Below are positions 38,729 to 52,626 of a DNA stretch of 64,000 nucleotides, in pieces (position 1 is the first letter of the stretch; every line of letters starts with the position of its first letter). This DNA is from Geosiphon pyriformis uo1. Its lineage: Eukaryota; Fungi; Glomeromycota. The notes below the pieces were generated by a model. It was not told the origin of the DNA. It did no database searches and saw only the letters and a list, made by a program, of their open reading frames with translations. Position numbers and translations under genes: made by a program. The stretch lies in contig JAAOMT010000664.1 of assembly GCA_016748015.1 (NCBI GenBank), forward strand, positions 504,715-568,714. Direction: 5' to 3'.

Positions 38729-41501
38729 TATAACAAGAGTGTTAGAAGCAGAAAAGATTTATTTGATTTGGACAGAACAGTAGCTAGCAATAACTACTTA
38801 TCTTTACCCCTCCCTTCAAAAGATAGTTTTCTATAACTTGAAGTAGAATCCAATCCATGTTATCATCACTTAATTAAAGAAATATTAATCATTTCCACAC
38901 TATCAACACTCCATGTTGATAAACTCCAATACTTAACCACATTGAACCAATAGCTCTTGATCATGGCTATTGATAAGATACTAATTACTTATTTTTTTTT
39001 CTTATTTTCTTTTATTTTCTTTTATTTTCTTTTTTTTTGTTTCTTTGTTGTTTACTAATTGATAAAAAAATTAAGTGCTGAGTATTTAACATTAAAGATA
39101 GTCTGGTAAAAGACTTGAAAACAAGAGTAGAAATTTAAAGATAGCTTACCAGAAAGACATAACTGTCAGAATAAACTGGTTATCATGCTGAAGAAAAAAA
39201 TTCACAGAAAAAATCATCAATTAAATCTCTGTTTATTATACAAAAAATTTAACCAAAACCTTCAGAAATTACAAACATTTCCAGCTATTGAGCACTAAAT
39301 TATGGATTTGTTATTTGTTCTAATACCCCAAATAATTATTTGTAACATTGGTTTGATTTTTTTGGCTAATCTTGGCTATTGCTTTATATAATGTTTTATT
39401 AAACTTTTTAACTAAATCATTTGTTTGTAGATAATATGATAATGATAATAGTCTCTTAATTCCAAATTTTTGACTTAATTCTGTTAATATTCTATTTACA
39501 AAGTAAGTTTTTTGATCTAATAACAATTTTTTGAACATTTATGTTGACAAATTAAATTTTGGTGTATAAATTTGACTATAAATTTTGTATCTACTCTTTA
39601 AATTGCTTTTGCTTTTGATTATTTTGTAAGATAGTTCATGATTATTGTTATATATTAATTGCTTTTGCTGGTTATAGTTAATAGTTTAATTAAATTAATT
39701 CTAATTTAATCAAATAGTTGTTTTATTTTAATTGGTTTTGGTGGTTTACTGAATTTTATTTCTTTTTTTTTTTAACAAACATTACAATTTTGAATATATT
39801 GGATAATGTCTAAATACATATATAGCCAGTAGTATCTTTTTTTGGTTCTTTTTATGATTATTTTTTTATAAAAATGTCCTGCTGTTAGATTTGAGTACAT
39901 GTTAAACAGTATTGTTTCTTTTTCTGGTTTTGTAATTACTTTAAGTGATTGATCTAAATATTTTCTGTTTTTTTAATATAATATATTTTGGTAAGTAATA
40001 AAGTATTTTGATTGTTGTTTTATATTGTTTTGTTCTTTTTAAGATAATTTTTCTTTGAACTATTAAGTATTAATATAATGTTAAAGTTGTTAATATTTTT
40101 GTGTATTTATCTTTTGTTATATTTTTGGGTTAAAATATTTAAATTTATTTGTAACAAGCCATTAGCATTTTCATTTTCATTTCTTTTTTTATAATGAATA
40201 ATATAATTAAATAATAATAGTTCTATTTTTTATCTTGTATGATAATTGTCTCTAAATTTTTGTTTCTGGATTAATGTTAATTTTTTGTAATCAATATACA
40301 CATCAAACTTTTGACTTAAGTATTTCTTTTATTTAATGACAGTTCAATAGATAGCTAAATATTTTAATGCTAGGGTTTTATAGTTCTTTTTGGCTGGACT
40401 TAAATTTTTACTGGCATATGTTATTGAATGTTCTTGTTTATTAGCTTTATTTTATAACAATATAGCTTTTAATGCTTAGCTGAATGTATTAGTAGTAATA
40501 ATAAATAATTTGCTGTAATCTGAATAGATTTATATTAAAGCTTGAATGAGTTTTTTTTTCAAGATATTAAAAGCTTCTTGTTAAGTTTTAGTCTATTCAT
40601 ATTTAATGTTCTTTGTTTAAAGTTAATAGAATAATTGAGCCAATTTGAAGAAGTTTTGGATGAAGTGGTAATAGTATTCAGCAAATTTTAAGAATATTCT
40701 TAATTCTATAAGATTTATTGATACTAGAAAGTTTTTAACTATCTCTATTTTGTCTAAATTTGTTTTTATGTTATTTTTGCTTATAACATATTCCAAAAAC
40801 TTAAGTTCTGTTTTTTTAAAGAAATACTTAATGGTATTTAACTATAGTCCTGCTCTTTTTAATATTTCAAACACTTGTTGGAGATAATAAAAATAATTAT
40901 TAAATGTTTTTGAGAACACATTGCTGTTATCTAAATAGATTACTACAGATTTCTATAGCAATTCAGTATAAACAATTTCTATAAGTCATTGAAAAGTAGT
41001 TAGAGTATTAATTAAGCCAAAAAACATAACATCAAATTCAAAATTTTTTTTTTGGTTGTAAATGCTGTCTTCTTTTTATTAGTTAAATTTATGGCTACTT
41101 GTTAATAACTACTATTTAAGTCTACTATTAAGAATTATTTTTTCTCTCCAAAATCATTAAATAACTTCTAGATCTGTAGAATCAAATAGTTGTCTTCATA
41201 AGTAATATTGTTAAGTTTTTTGTAATCTATACAAAAATGAATTTTCTTATTTTTCTTTTAAACAAGTATTACTGATAATAATTATAGACTTATTGATAAT
41301 TGAATTAACTTATTGTTTAACATTTGGTTGATTTCTTGTTAGACAATCTTATAACTGGTTAATAGTACTCTGTATGTTCTTTGTTTAATTAATATTGCAT
41401 TTTCAGTTTTTATCTGGTGCTAGATAATATTAGTTCTGTCAAATTCATTTTTTACAAACAAAGATATTAGTAAAATTATTAAATAATAGTTTGATTTATA
41501 T

Positions 41502-42349
41502 TGTTACTTATAAAATATAGAAATTATATATTAGTACATAAATTAGCCAATCAAAATAGACATAATAAAAGTGGAATTCCAGAATTCTTAGAAAAATTGT
41601 AGAATTCCAGAATTAGAGGATTCCTGTATAAGGAATCACAAAATTCTAGAAATTTCAAGATTTTTGGCTAGAGAATTAAGGAATTCAAGAAATCTTATAA
41701 AATAAAAATTATGTATATATAACAGTAGTATTAGAAGCTAGAAAATTAGTCAATTAAATTCTTAGAGTCAATTAGACTCATAGGTTATAATTATTAAATA
41801 CTCTTTCTTCAAAAGATAGAATACTATAACTTGAAGTAAAATTGTTCTCATATTAATAAAATTATCTATTATTCTCAAATCCATATTATTATCTACTACT
41901 TAATCTGTTGGCACAATAGCTTTTGATTATGGTTATTGACAGGACACTTATTTCTTATTTCTTATTTTATTTTCTTTATTTCTTTATTTTTTTTTATTTT
42001 TTTTATTTTATTTTATTTTATTTTATTTTATTTTGTTGTTCACTAAATTGATTAAAAAGATTAAACACTGAGTTATTGATGTCAAAAAAACTGGTAAAAG
42101 ACCCAGAAATAAGAGTAGAACAGTCATTATTGAAGATAGCTTACCAGAAAAATTACTGGCCACCACACTAAAAAAAAAATTTAATGGAATTGCAATTCTG
42201 AGAAGCTACAGAGAAAACAATACTTGAATCTCTATTTATTATACAAAAAACTCAACCAAAACCTTCAGATATTAATACTAATATACTAATTGAGCATTAA
42301 GTTACAGATTTGTTATTTGTATTAATATTCCAAATAATCACTTGTAACA
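41502..42349 (+). mobile_element. Family-A solo LTR
   Basis: TGTTAC...TGTAACA with TSD ATAT on both sides; no PBS/PPT; element C is colinear across it. Contains (TTTTA)n at ~42000-42033. Confidence 0.93.
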
Positions 42350-42727
42350 ATATATATTGAAATAGGTCTAAGTTTTTCAAGTTTATTTGTTCTAATTGTT
42401 TTGGTTATAATAAATAGCATTTTTTTTGTTTATATATAGTTTGTAATATAATATTCATATATTTACAAAGTTGCAAAAAATCTGGTATGGTTGTTGGTAG
42501 TTAATTTTCAATTTTAATACTTAAGTATTTAATAATAGTTCTACTTGGTATTTTTATAGAATCTCTAGTTGTGTTATGTATTGAAATCTTAATGTGTTTA
42601 TAGTTCTTGGCTAGTATGTAGAAATTGTTAATGCCAATTTTTTCTGACTTATAAATGTTTGGTTTCAGTTTAAAAATTTGGGTTTAATCTTTTACTTTCT
42701 TTTCTATAATTAACATATACTGATCAT

Positions 42728-43676
42728 TGTTACTATTATAAAGAAAAAAAACTGGAAAAACAGATAGAAAAATAGACCAATAGAAGAATAATACTTAACA
42801 CATAAGTACAATATCAGAAAACTATAACACATTGCTAGCAAATTATGGCATACTGCTTAGCAATATAAGCAATAGGGCATATTGCTCAACAATATGAACA
42901 ATATTAGTAAATTAGAACACATTGGTTAAAAAAATATAAAATTTCATAAAACAAAAAATATGTATATATAGCAAAAGTATTAGAAACAAAAAAGACAGAA
43001 TTTATTCAAAAATCTATTCAAAAATTCATCCAAGAATTTAGTTTAGAATTAATACTTACAACTTATTAATTATCTCATACTTTTTTCTTTAAAAGGTAGT
43101 TTTCTACAACTTAAAGTAGAATTAAATTACATATTAATAAAATATTAATTACTACTTGAATTCATGTTATTATCACTTAATTAAAAGAATATTAAACACT
43201 TCTACTTTATTAACACTTCATGTTAATAGAATTCAATACTTGACCACATTAGACCAATAGTTCTTAATTATGGCTATTAACAAGATATTAATTTCTTAAT
43301 TTTCTTTTTATTTTCTTTTGTTTGTTTTGTTGTTCACTAATTAATTAAAGAGATTAAGTATTAAGTATTTTAATATCAAGAATAGTCTAATAAAAGATTC
43401 AGAAATAAGAATATAGAACTCAAAAATTGAGAATAGCTTACCAAAAAAACACAACTGCCAGAATAAACTGATTACCATACTGAAAAAAATAATTGACAGA
43501 ATAATCATTCTGGAAGATTACTGAAACAATCATTGAATCTCTGTTTATTATACAAAAAACTTTACCAAAATTTTCAGATTACAAAAACTTTTAAATATTA
43601 CTAACACTACTAGCTATTGAGCACCAAGTTATGGATTTGTTATTTGTATTAACACTCCAAATAATTACTTATAACA
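42728..43676 (+). mobile_element. Family-A solo LTR
   Basis: TGTTAC...ATAACA with TSD TCAT on both sides; similar to the F LTR. Confidence 0.93.
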
Positions 43677-46600
43677 TCATATAGTAAAATAGAAATAAAT
43701 TAATTGGTGGAAATAATTTCTTTTTTATCAATTGTTTTCTCTTCTGCTATATTAACTAATATCTTTATTTTATCTGTAAATTCAAATTCATTTATTTTTC
43801 TTGTTATGATTCTTAGCTTTTCCTTTATTCCATTAATACTAACTGAGCTATTTTAACCAGAGGCAAAAATATTGCCTATGCTATCTTTTCATTTGGTTTT
43901 ATGATATTTTTTTTTTAAGTCATTTTGTAGTAATGCAATAATATTTTTTACATATTCTGCATCAATTATTTTTTCTCTAATTTTAATTTTTTTTTTGCTA
44001 AACTAAATCTAAAGACTAATTAAATTATTGTTATTGCTAGAATTTCCAATGCTAATTTTAAATCTATGTTAATACATGAATAAAGTTTTAATCTAATAGC
44101 AGTTTTTCTTAAATATTTAAGATCAAATTCTATATCAGTATTATGCACACATTCTGGGATAATATCTTTGTTGTTATTATTAAACCATTTAAGTTTCTGC
44201 TTTTTTGAAAAATCTGGAAGTGTGATATATTATTCAAGATCTTTATTAAAATTTAAATCATTATTGTTATTATTACCATAGTAAATAGTATTGGAACTAT
44301 TATTGTTATTACTGTTAGAGTCTAAATTGTAATTGAATTTTAATTTTGATTTTGAAATGCAGCTGTTAATTAGTTTTTTTTCTTCAGAAATTGAATAAAT
44401 TATGCATAATAATGGATTGTAAATAAAATCACAATTATTACAATATTTAAAATTACTGGAAATTAGACAATGTTTACAAAGTCTGTTGTTTAATTGTTTT
44501 AAATGCTGCTCTTGCTCTTCTCTAATAAGTGCTAGATCTTGGTAGTATTTGTAGAATTGTTTTGAATCACTCAAAATATCAATAAAGATGTCTGGATTTG
44601 AAATGGAAACAGTGTCAATGGGTTCTGGTAAGTTGTTTTTAATTATAAGTATTTCATGAAACAAAGCACTTTTAACTTTAGTATTTGTTATTCACCAGAT
44701 TTTGTCTTTGTTATATGAATAATTGTTCAAGTATAAGAGTGCTTAATTTTATACAGCATTAAAAAGTGTTTTTTAGCTTATCTAGTTATTTATAAAGATT
44801 ATGTATTAATATGATGTATTGCATGTTCTTTTACAACTAGAAATATTGTTTCATATTTTTTTGTCAAATAGTATTTCTTTACAAGTAAGACATAGTTTGT
44901 TGTCCTATTTTCTTTGTTTTTTTGAATACTCAAAACATTCTTTATAATATGGTTTATAATAGTAGCAGATACACATCTAGTAGTTTTTTTTTGGTAAAAT
45001 CTAAGCTTTTATAAATGAAAACTTTGTCTTATAGTTGATATATTTAAGTAAAATATAAGATGATTTTTTTTTGGTTTTAATAAGTAGGGTATATATTAAC
45101 TGTTGGTTGAATTTTTTATAACAGTAGTGGCTTGTAATTTATTTTCCTCTTTTCTTTTTTTTTTTTGTTTCAGCTAAGTATTGGTAGTAGTTTATTGTGA
45201 TTGTTATTAGCTCACAAGACTTAATAAACTTTTCAGATAAGTTTGTTTGTTTCTTTTTCAAATTTGATTAGTGGTTGTGATTAAATTGTTTTAAAGTAAC
45301 TGCAGATAGCTAATATCTAAGTATGCTAATTATTTTGATTAAGCTGTAGCTTTTACATAATTTAGTCAATTATAGTGTTGGTTTTGGACAGCCAATTATT
45401 ATTAATAAGAGCTTGATATTATGTGACTTCTATGACTAGAACTTTGATTGATGAGATAATATTATTAACTTCAAAAGAAAAGTTGTCAATTTTGCCACTA
45501 GAAGTTTTAGTGACTCCATTAGCAATAATGATTTTGGTGCCAACAGTATAATTAACTTGGTAATCTAATTGGTCTATGATTTATTATATAATAATACTGC
45601 CTGCTGACCTACTATTAAGGATTAATTTGATAGATTGGCCATTAATTTTGGCATCAGTATACATAATAATAATAAGTTTGATATTAAGAATGACTTCACT
45701 GAATAACAAAGTCTTTAATTGGTCTTTTAACTCAAATAAAAAGATAATAGCTAGTAATTTGTCTTCTGTAATGGTTGCCAATAGAATATTATTGGTAAGT
45801 AATATTGAGTTGGTTTTCAATAATTTGGTTGTTGTGATTTCTGGAATTACTAAAAGACTTAAATAGTTCTGAGAATTTGGGTTTTGGATATACTTACTTT
45901 TTAAACTTTGTTGATGTATTTTGATGATTAGTTCAATAAACTAAAAATAATTAGTACATTACTATTGTTAATTTTCAGTTTTGTTGAGTGTGTATAATCT
46001 TTAGTCTTTGGTTTTCAATTAATATTAGCACAATATATTGAAATAGTGTTTAAATTTGTTAGAGTTGGTAAATTATTTGTGATTGTGACTGATAAATTAC
46101 TAGTGCTGGAGTTTGATACATTAGAGGTATATATATAAATTGTTATATTATTAGTACATAATAAGATTGGTATTATTTTAATGACAAATTGTTAGTGTAA
46201 TTCTGGATTTGAAATCTGTAATCAGAGTTTCTATATTGGTTTTCCAATTATGAGTTATTAGACCTGGAATAGCAATCTGCTTTTAGATAATTCAGTTTAC
46301 TACAGTAGTATCAATTACATATTTTTTGTTGCCATAGTTAATTTAATGATAATAATAATAGATGCAACTATTATTAGAAATGATGAAAATTTTCTTGGTT
46401 GTTGCAATATTAAAAAAGTTAATAAATTGTTTAATTGTTAGCTAAATATCTCTCTAATTTTTGATTAATAAAATTACTAAATTGTTTCAGCTTAGAATTT
46501 AATTTAGATAATTCATTCATTACTAAGTTGACAGCTTAGATATAATTGACTTCAAGTTTTGCCAATTTAAAATCTTTGGCATAAGTAACTGTATCTTGAA

Positions 46601-46759
46601 AAGTATTTGGTTATATTAAGTGTATTTGTTGTAACAGATTGCTGCATAATCCACAAATGAATTGATTTAAAATTTGTGGCACTGTAAAATAGTCAGTATT
46701 GATTGCTTGAATTTGGTACTGTTACTTATAGAACATAAAGAGTATATTAGCATATAAAT

Positions 46760-46975
46760 TAGCCAATCAGAAGTAGCTGTAGTAAATATGAAATTCCAGG
46801 ATTTCTCTCAAGAGGAATCGCAGGATTCCAGAAATTTCAGGATTCTTGTACAAGAAATCACAGGATTCCAGAATTCCAGAATTTCTCTCAAGAGGAATTG
46901 CAGGATTCCAGGAATTACAGAATTTCTGGTGTGAAGAATTAAGGAATTAAGGAATCTCAATTATATATATATAAC
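46760..46975 (+). promoter_or_regulatory. Putative U3 promoter of E: CCAAT box, repeat array, TATA box
   Basis: AGCCAATCAG (46761), repeated GGATTCCAG(G/A)ATT motifs (46790-46925), TATATATATATAA (~46963). The positions are conserved among family-A LTRs. Confidence 0.55.
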
Positions 46976-49900
46976 AATAAAAGCAGAAAGAAACAGAATT
47001 CTTTAGTTAAAGACCTTCCAGTTTAGATTTCATCTAAGTGATCTTCCAATTCACAAATATCAAATAAATAACTATTCTCTATCTCAATCTTACTCTCCAC
47101 TATCAACACTTCATGTTGATAGTAATTGATACTTAAATACACTAGAACAATAGCTTTTGATTATGGTTATTAATGAGATACTAACATTCATTGTCTTGGC
47201 TTATCTTTTTTATCTTTTTTTATTTCTGTTATTTCTTTTGTTCTACTAATTACTTGAAGATTAAGCACTGAGATATTGACATCACAGATAGTCTGATAAA
47301 AGACCCCAAAGGAAGAGTATAGGAATTAAGAATTTAAGAATAGCTTACCAGAAGGGCATCTCTGTTAAGATTACTGGCCACTATACTGAGAAAAAATTTG
47401 ATGAAATTGCAATTCTGGGAGGCTACTAAAAAAACAACCATTAAATCTCTGTCCATTATATAAAAGATTCTATAACAAAACCTTCAGATAAAACAACACC
47501 TTCAAATATTATCAACAATCTTATCAATTAAGTACCAAGTTATGGGTTTGTTATTTAATTTGAGACCCCAAATAATCACTTGTAACATTTGGTGCTCTTT
47601 GTGAAGTATAATCTTACAGAAAACCAGCACCAATTACAATCATCCAAAAGTGGCAGAATCAGAAATCATAGGAGCAAACCATTTAGGATTTGCCAAATCT
47701 TTGTTTCAACAGTACAGCCAACAATTAGGATTAAACAATAACCACTTCTCAGCAAAATCAGCCTTTAACTTCTATGTCAATGATAAAATTACAGATTGCT
47801 TAGGAGAAACAGTTGACATTAAATTCACAAAAAAAAACTTCTATACAGAATTATTTCAACATATCAGCTTACCAAAAAACTACAGTTTCGCACCAATTAT
47901 CAGGAAAATTAATCAAACCATTAAAAGATACACCCAACAACAATTTCCCATTACCTATGCAAACAAAGGCAAAGGAAGGTTGCAAATACCAGCAGTAATA
48001 CCAAAACAAATACAACCACCCACTTGGAAGAAAACCAGAGTTGAATCACCAACAAACTCATCATACTATTATACACCTGGAAGCACTATTAACATCTCAT
48101 CAACAGGTGTGTCCACATCACATATGACATTAATATTTGGACAACTTTTATTTCAAAGTAAACAAAAGAAAGCAGAATTACTAGGAACCTACAGTGATTA
48201 TTTTAAAGGATTTAAATTGCAATTGCCAATGCCATCAGGATTCCAATTACTGTCACTTCAACCAGATTTTGGAAATGTAAGTCCCTAGAAAATAATGGAA
48301 TCAGAAGAGAAAGAAGAAGAAGAAGCCAAAGATCAGGAATTTACTTATCAGAACCTGATTCCAGAAAACCCAAATATCAAAACTCCGAACTTTCAGACTT
48401 AGCAAGATCCAAATTTAAAAAATCCAGAAATTGAAACTCCAAATTTTCAAACTTAGCAAAATTAGAATAATTGAAACCCCAAAACAATTAATTAGCAAAA
48501 CTTACCTCTAGTAATTATTATTAATCCACCACCAGTTGCTCCACAACAACAGCCACTGTCACAACCCCAAATTCAATTACCACTTCCACCACCACAGCAA
48601 CCAAACATAGATCCAATAGTCTATGTCCCAATAGCAAAACTTGAGAAATTCACAAGAGAAGAGGATGACACACAAATATGGCTCAATGACATTGAAAAAG
48701 CCATTACAGCCAATAGATGGAATGACACAAGAGCCCTATAGACCATTTCATATTTCTTATAAAATACCACCAACTTGTGGTATTAAAGTCTGGTCATTAA
48801 ACCACAAACATTCTAGGAATTTAAAATTGATTTCTTGAAATATTTTAGTAATAATAACAGTATTAATTGCCTAGTCAACATCTTTTCTACCATCAAACAA
48901 GAAGAAAATAAAGCAGTTACCACTTACTTAGGATGCTTCCACAGAAATTTGCACCAAATCCAAGCCATACAGGCTGATTATTTTACAGCACCACAAATTC
49001 TGAATCAGTTTATTAGAAAATTGTACAGTAGCATTCTCCAGCGTGTATGCCCAATGCATCCAGCAGACTTTCAAGTCACAGTTACAAACACCAGAGATTT
49101 TAAATTAGCTGAACTTGAAGCAAATCATGCCCAAGCCGTAAATCTAGTAATGAATGAATCATCTAAATTGGATTTTAAACTAAAACAATTCAGTAATTCA
49201 ATCAATCAGAAATTAAAAGGATACTTAGCTGACAATCATACAATTTATTAACCTCTTCAACAACACAATAATCAAAAAAACTCAAATCGCACCCAAAATT
49301 AATCATGTTCAGCATCATCAACCAATCAACTATGGCAACAGAAAATGCATGTATACTACTATTGTGATAAACAAGGACATTTGCAATTTGAATGCCAAAA
49401 AAAAATAAGCAATCTAAGATCAGCTAATTAGTACTGAAACTCTGATTATCAATTACAATTACAGAATTATGTCAGTAATCAATTACTGGAACAATATCAA
49501 CCAAATTACCTACCTATAATACAACAGCCAATCTATCAACCATCAGTTTATCAGCCAACAACATTTATAATTTATCAACTGCAGTCCCAGCCTATCTATT
49601 AGCCACAGTCTCAAGTAATCTATTAACCCCAACAAGTTCAAACACCATCACAAAACTTATCTCAAAACAAAATCCAAAGACCAAGACTGACCCAACAGAG
49701 TTGGAGATTGTCAATGGTAATCCATCAACTGATCCCCAGTTCCTCAACCCAGCCATCAGAATCTTGACAATAGAATTCAGGCACTAGGTACACCCAAAAT
49801 CTGAATGTCCAACAGTATTTAAGTCTTCTGATTACCTCAAAAGACATCTCACCCAACAACCAGAAACTCAAACAAAAGCAGCCACTTATCAGCAATATTT

Positions 49901-52626
49901 CACCAGCAACCATCTCTAATGACAAATTTCTAGCAGCTATTTTTTCTTTCGAACTCAAGGAAACCATACCAGTCCTATTATTCAAACTAATTACTGTCAT
50001 ATACATTGACGCAAAAGTGAATGGTCATGCCATCAAACTAATTCTAGACAGTGAATTAGCTGACAGCATCATTACATGACAACTTATGGACCAATTAGGT
50101 CACCAAGTTGATCATGCTGCAAGCACACATATAATCACTGCTGATAGAGCAACCAAAACTCCTATTAGCAAGATCAATAACCTCTCAATAAAGGTCAATG
50201 GCATTATAGTGCCAATCAAAGTATTAGTTATGGAAGCCATCCAATATCAAGCTCTAGTTGAGAATGATTGGCTGTTTAAAACCAACGCAACACTTGACTG
50301 AACCACCCAAGAGTTGCAAATCAGCCAAAACGGCCAATATACGCAAACATTAGCAATGTGTGGTTATTTTAAGACCACCAACACGCCAATACTGTTAATA
50401 GAACTCAAGGAAGAGATAAACAAACCTCTTTGAGAAACATATCAAGTGTCATGGGCTGACAAAGACCACAACAAATTACCACTGGTACTTTTATGGGACA
50501 ACAATAGGAAAAAAAAGAACAAAGAAAAACCTATCTGGAATTCCAACCAACTTTAAAGAACCAATGACAATCAAGAAGAGCTAATAAATTGGAACTGGGA
50601 AAGTACAAAAGGAAAAAAAAAGAGAAGAGAGAAAGAACTAACTAACACCACCAATTATTACTCTTATACCTATACACTACCACCATTATTCACCTATTGT
50701 CAATCAAAGCTCATATGTGTTGATTGTGGCAAAAAATTGTTGTCAATGAGTGTATGCTGTGGTAATAATGAGAAATACCAAATGGCAACTAAGTTTTACT
50801 GTCACTCTTGCATCATAGAATGCTTTAAAAGACTGAAACAGATAAAAAAATGTGATAATGAACTCTGTTTGGCTTGTGGAAAAACTTTTTTAGATAAAAG
50901 AATGTGGAATAACATTCCTGGACAAAAAGAAATGTGTGACAAATTATGTCAATACACAATTCTAATAAGCAACTGGGTAAGAAAAAAAATGCCCATAGAT
51001 GCTGCCTGGAGATAAGCAGTCAAACACTTGGACGGATGTCCACATGACAATAACAAAATTTGGTGAATGGCTCTTACCAAAATTGAAGGAGTGTTATTAA
51101 AAGATATCAGGATGATCAAAAATAATCTTCCAGAGTTCATAGAACTTGACTGGGACCCAGAACCAGTTATAAATCTTTTGGATCCAGAACAATTCCACAA
51201 ATACTACTAAGAGCTAACACTTACAAAAAAAGAGCAAGAGCAATGCTTAAAAGAAATCAACATTCGACTATGTGATCACTGTTTGATCCCATGTGACTTT
51301 CAATATTGTAATAAGTGTAACCTTATTTACAATCCACCAACATGCATGATCTACACAATCTCAGAAGAGGAAGAACCAATCAGCAGCTGTACATTGGAAT
51401 TGGGATCAATTTTTAATCCTGATTCAAATTTTAACAACAATGACAACAAAAATAACAGTTCCAGCTCTATTCAAAATGGCAACAAAAATTATGATAATTC
51501 GAACTCTGATTCAAACCTCAAAACATATATCACACTTTCTGACCTTTCTAAAGAGCAGAAACTTAAATAGTTCAGTGATAACAATGAAAGTATTATGCCA
51601 GAACATGCTGTTACCAGTAGAATTTTAGCTATTAATTAGCATAAAATTACCCTTATAATTCCTATAATTAATTAGTATATTAATATCATTTCAAATTATC
51701 ATTTATTATTTAATCAATTATCACATATCACAATTTAATTAAAATAATCTAATTAATATAACAAAAAGTAGGATGATCAAATTACACAATACTTTGAACT
51801 TTGTAATATTCTAAAATTTGCTGAAATTTACAGAAATTCGCCAAAATTATGAATAGTTTACTCAAATTAATCAATAGTTCAGTAAAATAACTTGTAATTC
51901 ATCAAAATGTATCTTTAGTTCGCCAAAATTTGAGCAAAGAGAAAAAATGCAAGTTCATAGACTAGAACTACAACAAGTTGTATAAAAAAAGAGCTTTTCT
52001 CTTTAAAAAAATGTATCTTACTTTAGATTTATTACTTAGAACCATTTCTATACACACAAGAAGAAATAAAATATCAAATAATTTGAAAAACCAAATTCTT
52101 TAATTATTGCACTTGGAAAATCCTAAAAATCCCACTAACGTTTTGAAATTGATTAGCTACCAATTTCAGTAAACTGTTAGTGACTCCAGGCCTGGATAGA
52201 AAACGTTTTTCTTGATAAAATCCTTTTTTTTTACATTTTTTTTATTTTTTTTTAATTTTTTTATTATAATTATTAGGGTAGTCTACAAACAAGATTCCTG
52301 TAAAAGAGTTAACTTTCACAGCAAAGTAACTACACATTTTTAGTGAGCTTCCAGACAAGCAATTCCTGAGAAAAAGTTGACGTTTACTACAACATAACTA
52401 CATAAAGTAACTGGCAAGGAATTGGCCATTCCACTTATAAGCCCAGCAGTTCAAATTATAGGAAATAATTTGAAGATAAATTCAGTTATTGAAGGTTCAA
52501 CTACTTTTAGAAAACGTGAATTTGCAACCAACAGACAGTTACAACATTCAAGAAAAGAGACCAAAAACCTCTGGTAACATTTGGTGCTCTCTCACAGAAA
52601 TAACACAGCAAACAACAAACTTTAAA

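Larger units (their letters stand above)
30425..39347 (+). mobile_element. Family-A element D nested in the integrase of C; 5' LTR/PBS/gag N-terminus partly deleted
   Basis: 5' LTR remnant 30425-~30818 joins directly to capsid; gag-pol to stop 35859-61; IN from 35891; ORF3 ~37311-37968; PPT AAAAGGAGGAAATAA; 3' LTR 37982-39347. Four extra bases at the junction indicate a decayed TSD (TTAT/TTGG). Confidence 0.9.
28403..46719 (-). mobile_element. Old family-A element C (3' LTR 28403-29080), split by D, two solo LTRs and E; 5' part should lie beyond the right edge
   Basis: Colinear decayed segments: 29081-30424 (ORF3, IN C-term), 39352-41501 (IN, RH, RT), 42354-42727, 43681-46719 (dUTPase, Cys-rich, PR, gag). 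PPT at 29081-29095. Confidence 0.9.

Noticed and set aside
46826-46838. Heat-shock-element-like TTCnnGAAnnTTC (also ~41644-41656)
   Set aside because: The neighbouring repeat unit reads ttccaggaatt, so the match probably arises from G>A/C>T decay of a GGAATTCC motif.
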